DNA of 63,942 bases, the filler included, from Cercozoa sp. M6MM (Eukaryota > Protista > Endomyxa: Ascetosporea): assembly GCA_040357565.1 (NCBI GenBank). It is 13 parts of 13 records of this genome, joined end to end, with 100 filler letters (N's around TTAATTAATTAA, not from the genome) between each part and the next. Parts side by side here need not be neighbours in the genome. Positions count along the whole stretch, not along the records: positions 58,969 to 62,685 come from JBDODJ010001340.1; positions 62,786 to 63,942 come from JBDODJ010002145.1; 11 more parts are not named here. The stretch is one strand, 5' to 3'. A program made the translations under genes and the position numbers. Shown here piece by piece: positions 61,367 to 63,942 of this stretch; within the stretch, counting starts at the first letter, position 1, and each line of letters starts with the position of its first letter. The notes beneath the pieces are model-generated. The model was not told where the DNA came from, did not search any database, and saw only the letters and a program-made list of their open reading frames with translations.

Positions 61367-62644
61367 TCATAAAAGCATAGAACGGAAGCGCCATCGCTCT
61401 AGGTCGCAGTCGTCGCTAATGGACGCCATGAGACGCAGCACGAGCGCGCAGCGCTTCCGAACGTCGTTTTCGTCGTCAAAGCACTCTCGAACGATCACGT
61501 CGAGTTTCGAACGCATCTCGCGCACGCGCGGTTCATTGGAATACGCGTTATCACACAAGTGAATGTTGTCGTGCATCACCTGGAAGAGTGCCCGGGAAAA
61601 GGCATCTGGCAGGGCAAACCATCAAACTGTCAGTTGTTTTTTTTTTCAGTTTGGAGAAGCAATCGTACAAACAAACTCGTCCGGAATGCCATCGAAACAC
61701 GGGTGACGACTGCAAACACGAATGAACGCATCTCGGCACGTTTCCGCGCTCGTTGAGGTACTCACATCTTGCAAAAACTGATCGGCTACAGCGCCGATTT
61801 TGCAGTTTTTCGCGTATTGATGTTGCCAGTAGTCGCTCAGACTGTTTTTGTAGACTCGCGTCACCTGTGTCCAGTCCTGCTCATGAAGTATAAATTGACG
61901 CAAGTCTAAAACCGCTAAACCTCTTAAATTTCCAAATCAAAATCAACTGAACGGTCCAAACGTACCTCAGCGGTCAGAAAGCTGTACAGGAGCAGATCTA
62001 GCGACTGTACAGACACCAAAGTGGCGAAACTCTGCAGCAGCAGTCGGCACAGCCACACGGAAGCACACGACAGAATCGGCTGCTTGAGGGCCCATTCTGT
62101 CATTAAGGGGGTCAAGGGGATAAAGAGGGTGGGTTAAGGGGGAGAGTAAACCAGCGAACGGAGTGCGCACAAAGTCGTCCTCGTCCTGTACCGACAAGGA
62201 CTGTCGCGGACCGGACAAAATGAAAGCTTGTGTCACGTGCACTGCCACCGAGGACTCAATGCCACCTGGAAGGTAGGAGGGGGGGGGTAAAGGGCGGCCG
62301 GGGGCCCAGGGTAAAGACGGTGCATACCAGTCAGCACAAAGAGCAGAGTGAGGATCAAGTCGCCACGTGGTCCAAGATCATCGGGCGCCAGTCCGACACC
62401 GCCGAGACACCGTGCCAGCGCACTCGTTCCCGCCACTGCCGCCAGCGGTCCGAACTTTACCTGGGGGGTAAGGGGGGGTAAGGGGGAAGGGGGGTACATG
62501 GGGGAGGGGGGTACATGGGGGAGGGGGTAAAACTACATTGAGAGCGTGACAGATGGCGCCGCGCCACACAACTTCCGTCAACAGCGGCTGCACAAACACG
62601 CGTCGCATCAGCGGATATTCGTCTCCGTCCGCGCGGTCCGGCAC
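61367..62644 (-). CDS. Hypothetical protein, weakly reminiscent of the BROMI/TBC1D32 C-terminus (5' partial)
   Basis: Exons join as RGDLILTLLFVLTGG...WLCRLLLQSFATLV..YSFLTAE|VTRVYKN. Resemblance judged by eye only. Confidence 0.4.
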
Positions 62645-62785
62645 CTGCGGGAGGGGTAAACAGGGGATATACAGGGGGGGGGGGGNNNNNNNNNNNNNNN
62701 NNNNNNNNNNNNNNNNNNNNNNNNNNNNNTTAATTAATTAANNNNNNNNNNNNNNNNNNNNNNNNNNNNNNNNNNNNNNNNNNNN

Positions 62786-62827
<42 letters not shown>

Positions 62828-63093
62828 AGGTGGCGCTCTTCACAGAGAGCAAGCACAGTCGCAACTCGGAGCGACGAGCGCTGCCGCATTATTTCCTCTA
62901 GTCCTCTGGTGTCGGCGTAGTCATAGTGGTTTACAGTTGCATCACGCTCCGGTCAGAGCTACTTCAGCTACATCCCACAGCGCCTCCGCACCGCGACAAA
63001 CTAAAAATAATCAGCGAAAAAAACAACGTGCAGTGAATACTTAGAGGATCCGTTGTCTGAGATCGCGTTAACTGAGCAGTTGCGCGATCAGGA

Positions 63094-63718
63094 ATGAGTG
63101 CGAGGTGGGATCGTGGCACTGACGCTGATTGCGCGGCGGCTTGCGGTACGCGATGGCTCGATTGGCTCGCAAGCCGTCTTGGCGGCCGCTTCAATGAGGC
63201 CCAGCCAGGGGCACTCGCCGCAGTGCTCCTACTCTGGAGAGCAGGCTCTCTGGTTGGCGACACGAAACGGCAGCGAGCGGCCTTCCTGGCAGAGGCGCTG
63301 TATTTCATGGCCGACGACTGGACTCTGTCGGTTCAAGACTTGCCCGGTATCAGGTCTAGAGGCTTCTTTAAAGTGTCGCTTTCTGGATCATTGTGTACTG
63401 AACGCAGACAGCAAAGAGCGGAGTTATCGGCCGGATGCACATGCCTTCTTGGTGGAGGCGAGTCACAGACTGCGCGTGTCGCTGAAGCTCTTCTCCGAGG
63501 AGAGCTACGAGACGTTGCTGCTACAGCTGCATGAGAAAGTCAAGTTCCACGAGACGAACCCAAGTCAAATACTGACGCCGCTCACACTGCTGCAATCCGC
63601 GCTGTGCGTTTCGCTGAGCAAGGTCGGTCATGCTGCTCAGGCAGACGAGAAGTACGACATACTTGACCGTGCCTGGGTGCTGATAGACAAGGCGTTCATG
63701 GAGAAGTCTGACTTTGAT
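63094..63718 (+). CDS. 5' part of a hypothetical gene
   Basis: ATG at 63094. One GT-AG intron (~63347-63407) keeps the frame open to DKAFMEKSDFD, then an intron with (TATC)n. Confidence 0.5.
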
Positions 63719-63727
63719 GTAGTTCTT

Positions 63728-63844
63728 GTCTATCTCTCTATCTGTGATATCTATCTATCTATCTATCTATCTATTCATCTATCTATCTATCTATCTCTCT
63801 ACCTACCTCTCTATCTATATCTATCTATCTATTTACCTACCTCT

Positions 63845-63878
<34 letters not shown>

Positions 63879-63902
63879 GTCTATCCATCTATCTATCTAT
63901 CG

Positions 63903-63942
<40 letters not shown>
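63728..63942. repeat. (TATC)n microsatellite, intronic
   Basis: Direct reading. Confidence 0.95.

Noticed and set aside
61865-61965. Apparent non-canonical junction or stop readthrough
   Set aside because: Resolved by a canonical acceptor (CACAG|GTG) giving a 101-nt phase-0 intron.

Overview
This window is not one locus. It is about 15 short contigs or scaffolds of an intron-rich eukaryotic genome, joined by artificial N-TTAATTAATTAA-N six-frame-stop linkers. The organism is probably a flagellated protist (FAM161-like gene); the taxon cannot be fixed from sequence alone. The genetic code is standard (TAA, TAG and TGA all end recognisable genes) and introns are short GT-AG. Manual splicing recovers PUM3/Puf6 (3' end), a DH-PH-FYVE-SH3-SH3 RhoGEF, tRNA-Gln(TTG), a family-C GPCR, a DUF3605/GIG1 protein, FAM161-like, tyrosine aminotransferase, FIP1, BiP (HDDL), an M28 peptidase tail, a putative glycosyltransferase, ALAD, a bacterial-type glucokinase, CstF-77, LST8, a second DH GEF and several hypothetical genes. 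Four signals stand out. (1) Introns in unrelated genes share sequence families (introner-like), and a (TGTTTACCCCC)n repeat is always on the sense strand. (2) A 1.35 kb TIR element with GGTAATTACC palindrome arrays supplies the C-terminus and stop codon of a host gene, and a related terminus lies on another contig. (3) 5' splice sites are degenerate and dominated by GTAC/GTAG. (4) The tRNA-Gln has two mismatches at the 5' end of its acceptor stem. All family assignments come from motif recognition by eye; no searches were run.
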